Assembly: GCA_963814715.1 (NCBI GenBank)
Contig: CAWFDW010000002.1
Location: 65,800 to 129,799, forward strand
From: an uncultured delta proteobacterium
GTDB taxonomy: Bacteria > Desulfobacterota > Binatia > Binatales > Binataceae
Direction: 5' to 3'
Length of the DNA: 64,000 bases
The translations under genes were made by a program, and so were the position numbers. The notes below the pieces were generated by a model that saw only the letters and a list, made by a program, of their open reading frames with translations, did not search any database and was not told the DNA's origin. How positions within the stretch are numbered: the first letter of the stretch is position 1; each line of letters begins with the position of its first letter. This document shows positions 61,300-64,000 of the stretch, piece by piece.

Positions 61300-63470
61300 G
61301 GACAACTCCGAGGAGCAGTCGGGAGGGTCGCGCGACGGCGCGCGCGGATTGTTCGCATCGCCCGGACGCGCCGCGGCATTGGTGGTGCTCGCGATTCTGA
61401 TAATCATCCGCGCGCTCGATCCGGCGGTCGTGCAGAGCCTCCGGCTGCGCGGCTTCGATTTTCTCGAAGAGCTCGCGCCGCGCAGGTATCAGCCGATCGC
61501 GGTGAAGATCGTCACCATCGACGACAAGAGTCTCGCGCAATACGGACAATGGCCGTGGTCGCGGGCGCGCGTCGCGCAACTGGTCGATAAGATCGCGGCC
61601 GGCAAGCCGAGCGTGCTCGGCGTCGACATCATCTTCGCCGAGCCCGACCGTCTTTCGCCCGGACGCCTCATCGATTCCGATCCGGAAATCCCCGCCGCAA
61701 CTGGCCGAGCGAGCTCTCGCATTTGCCGTCGCATGAAACTGTGCTCGCTGACTCGTTGCGCAAAGTCCCGACGGTGTTGGCGGTCGGCGCCGAGCAACGA
61801 GGCGGCCCGTCCGCGCGACACCCTCGCGCGTCACGATGGTTCTCGAATCGGGCGAGCAATCCACGCCCGTTTCTATTCACTCATCCGGAACTTGTGCGCA
61901 GCCTGCCCGAGATTGAGGCGGCGGAGCGCGGGCTACGGGTCTGTCGACCAGGAGCCGGATCACGACGGCGTCATTCGCCGCGTGCCGTTATTCATCGTCG
62001 GCCGAAGGCCACCTGGTGCCGAACCTCGCGCTCGAAATGCTGCGGGTAGCATACGGCGCGGGTGCGCTGGGGATACGTCACTGGAAAGGAGGGTGTGCAA
62101 GGCGCCAGGCTCGGCGTCAATTTTCTGCCGACCGATGGCCGCGGCCGTATCTACCCGTATTTCACGCCGTCGTACGACGCTCGCTACATCTCGGCCGCCG
62201 ACCTGCTCAACGGATCCTACGATCCGACGCAGCTTGAATGGCGCCGCGGTGCTGTTGGGGTCAAGCGCACTCGGATTGACGGAACAGGATCAGACGCCGC
62301 TCGGCCTGATGCCGGGTATCGAGGTCTGGGCGCAATCGCTGGAATCGATGGTGACCGGGAATCTGCTGCGCCGCCCGGGGTTCCTCGAGCTGATCGAGCT
62401 CGCGATGGTGCTGGTCGGCGGGACTGGTCATAATCTTTGTGCTGCCGTACGAGAGTCCGCGGATGGCGGCGGCGCTGTTTCTCGGCATCGTTGCGATTCT
62501 CTTCGGCTCGGCGTTAGTGAGTTTCAAATTCTCGAAGCTCCTGCTCGACGGGATCTATCCCGCGATGTCGTCGGCGCTGGTGTTCGGCGTCATGTTGTCG
62601 GAGAACTTGCGCGTCGCAGAGGCTGGCCGCCGCCGGCTCGCCTCCGAGCTTGCAACACGAACGCGAAATGGAAGCGCGCCTCGACGGTGAATTGAATGCC
62701 GCGCGCGCAATCCAGCTTGGCCTGCTGCCGCGGCACTTCCCGGGTCCTCCCGAACATCGCGACGTCGAGGTCTACGCTTCGATCGAGCCCGCGCGGATGG
62801 TCGGCGGCGATCTTTACGATTTCGTTTTGCTCGATCCCGAGCATCTTTCATTCGCGATTGCCGACGTGTCGGGCAAGGGCGTGCCGGCCGCATTGTTCAT
62901 GGCGATGACCAAAGAGGTGTTGCACACCGCGACCTGCGTTACCGGAGCGCGCTCGATCGGGTGTTCAACGAGGCGAACGCCAAGATCTCAGCGGCGAGCG
63001 AGGAACTTGGCGCGGGCGGCACGAACATGATGTTCGTGACGGTGTTCGCGGGAATCCTCGACCTCACGACGGGCATGCTGGTTTACGTAAATGCCGGCCA
63101 CGATTCGCCGTTCGTGATGCGCGCTGAATCGGCGCCGGCAAGTCTCCCGCTCGCGGGAGGCCCACCGCTCGGCACGGTGGACGATTTTCAGTATTCGATC
63201 GAGCAGCGTCAACTTGCGCCCGGGGAGCTGCTGCTTGCCTACACAGACGGTGTGACCGAAGCTCAGGACGCGAGTAAGGCGCTGTATTCAGGCGCACGAC
63301 TTACGCGCTTGCTTGCGACGGCGCCGATGATGACTGCGAAAAGCGTCGTCGATGTTGTGCGCGAGGACGTCCACCGCTTCGCCGCCGGCGCCGAGCAAGC
63401 CGACGACATTACGCTGCTCGCGGTGCGCTGGCTTGGGCTCGGTTTCGTCCGGCTGATCAGCGGACAGTGA
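61289..63470 (+). CDS. CHASE2 sensor domain / TM / PP2C (SpoIIE-type) serine phosphatase fusion, RsbU-like; at least 6 frame breaks
   Basis: The CHASE2 text is VTIDDKSLAQYGQWPWSRARVAQLVDKI, VLGVDIIFAEPD, DHDGVIRRVPLF, YISAADLL and GIEVWAQSLESM. TM segments follow. The PP2C text is GGDLYDF, ADVSGKGVPAALFMA, NAGHDSP, AYTDGVTEA and DDITLLAV. It is spread over ORFs 61289..62695, 61723..62049, 62016..62237, 62062..62433, 62439..62690, 62650..63030 and 62961..63470. Confidence 0.8.
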
Positions 63471-64000
63471 TTTCCACGCGCCGATTTTTCGGTTCCGCAA
63501 CCTGATCCGCGGTCTTCACGGCAAGGTCCAACTGCCCGCGGCCCGCAACCGAAATCGATTTGGGACTGAGCCCGTCGTGCACGAGCCGATCGCGAATCAT
63601 CTCCGCGCGGCTCATCGAGAGCTGCTGATTGTGCGGCGGGTTGCCGAGCGTGTCGGTATGCCCGATTACCTCGACTTCGTACACCGGACGGCGCTTGATA
63701 TCCGCGAACACGGCTTGGTACTGACGCTGCGATTCGGGAGTCAGAGTGTCGCTGTCTTTCTCGAAATAGAGCACGAAGTGACTCGGCAGGACCGGCTGCG
63801 CGGCGATCGCGTTGCCGAAAATCTGCTGGACCTGCGCCTGGTCGACCTTCACCGGCGCGGCGGCACCTCCGCGCACTTCTCCCGCCGCGTAGGGTTGATC
63901 CAGTACTACCGACTTCTGTCCGTCCTCGATCGTGACTGCCCCCGAGCTGCCGTCCGGATTGGGCAAGACCACGAACAGCGACTGACGACTGGAACATGAC
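63457..64000 (-). CDS. OmpA-family peptidoglycan-binding protein (N-terminus beyond window end)
   Basis: YFEKDSDTLTPES...VEVIGHTDTLGNPPHNQQLSMSRAEMIRDRLV...NRRVEITV is the OmpA_C-like domain. The frame stays open upstream to the window edge. Confidence 0.85.
   Translation of the reverse strand, partial: SCSSRQSLFVVLPNPDGSSGAVTIEDGQKSVVLDQPYAAGEVRGGAAAPVKVDQAQVQQIFGNAIAAQPVLPSHFVLYFEKDSDTLTPESQRQYQAVFADIKRRPVYEVEVIGHTDTLGNPPHNQQLSMSRAEMIRDRLVHDGLSPKSISVAGRGQLDLAVKTADQVAEPKNRRVEITVR

Noticed and set aside
1-64000. Programmed ribosomal frameshifting or widespread genuine pseudogenisation as the explanation for the frame breaks
   Set aside because: The breaks number in the dozens and hit unrelated genes, including several that are individually essential. 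I noticed no shared slippery motif, and some occur as cancelling pairs a few tens of nucleotides apart. Technical indels are the parsimonious explanation, though only read data can settle it.

Overview
This is a high-GC bacterial chromosomal window, and its taxon cannot be fixed from sequence alone. The centre (16.5-32.1 kb, + strand) is a division/cell-wall (dcw) cluster: mraZ-rsmH-ftsL-ftsI-murE-mraY-murD-ftsW-murG-murC-murB-ftsQ-ftsA-ftsZ, with no murF or ddl inside it. To the left lie an oxygenase-rich catabolic cluster (BVMO, SDR, acyl-CoA synthetase, TPP decarboxylase, Rieske oxygenase), a UPF0182 membrane protein, a NarL-type two-component pair, and an orphan BrxC/DUF499-like P-loop ATPase. 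To the right lie GTP-PEPCK, a TetR-headed operon of three ferritin-like and two NTF2-like proteins, an F420-type reductase and an MFS transporter. These are followed by a 1-kb thicket of hairpin repeats abutting a low-GC two-gene island. Further right are JAMM, ketopantoate-reductase-like and DHOD-like genes, tRNA-Glu, a tail-fibre/S74-chaperone secreted repeat protein, two FtsX permeases, and a PlcP-like, glycosyltransferase and phosphoesterase (phosphate-stress lipid remodelling-like) cluster. The window ends with a STAS/MBL/CHASE2-PP2C module. Major caveat: dozens of conserved genes, including essential ones, can only be read by switching frames. Indel errors in the assembly are therefore likely, and gene ends and pseudogene status are uncertain. 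I found no rRNA, CRISPR array, integrase or transposase.
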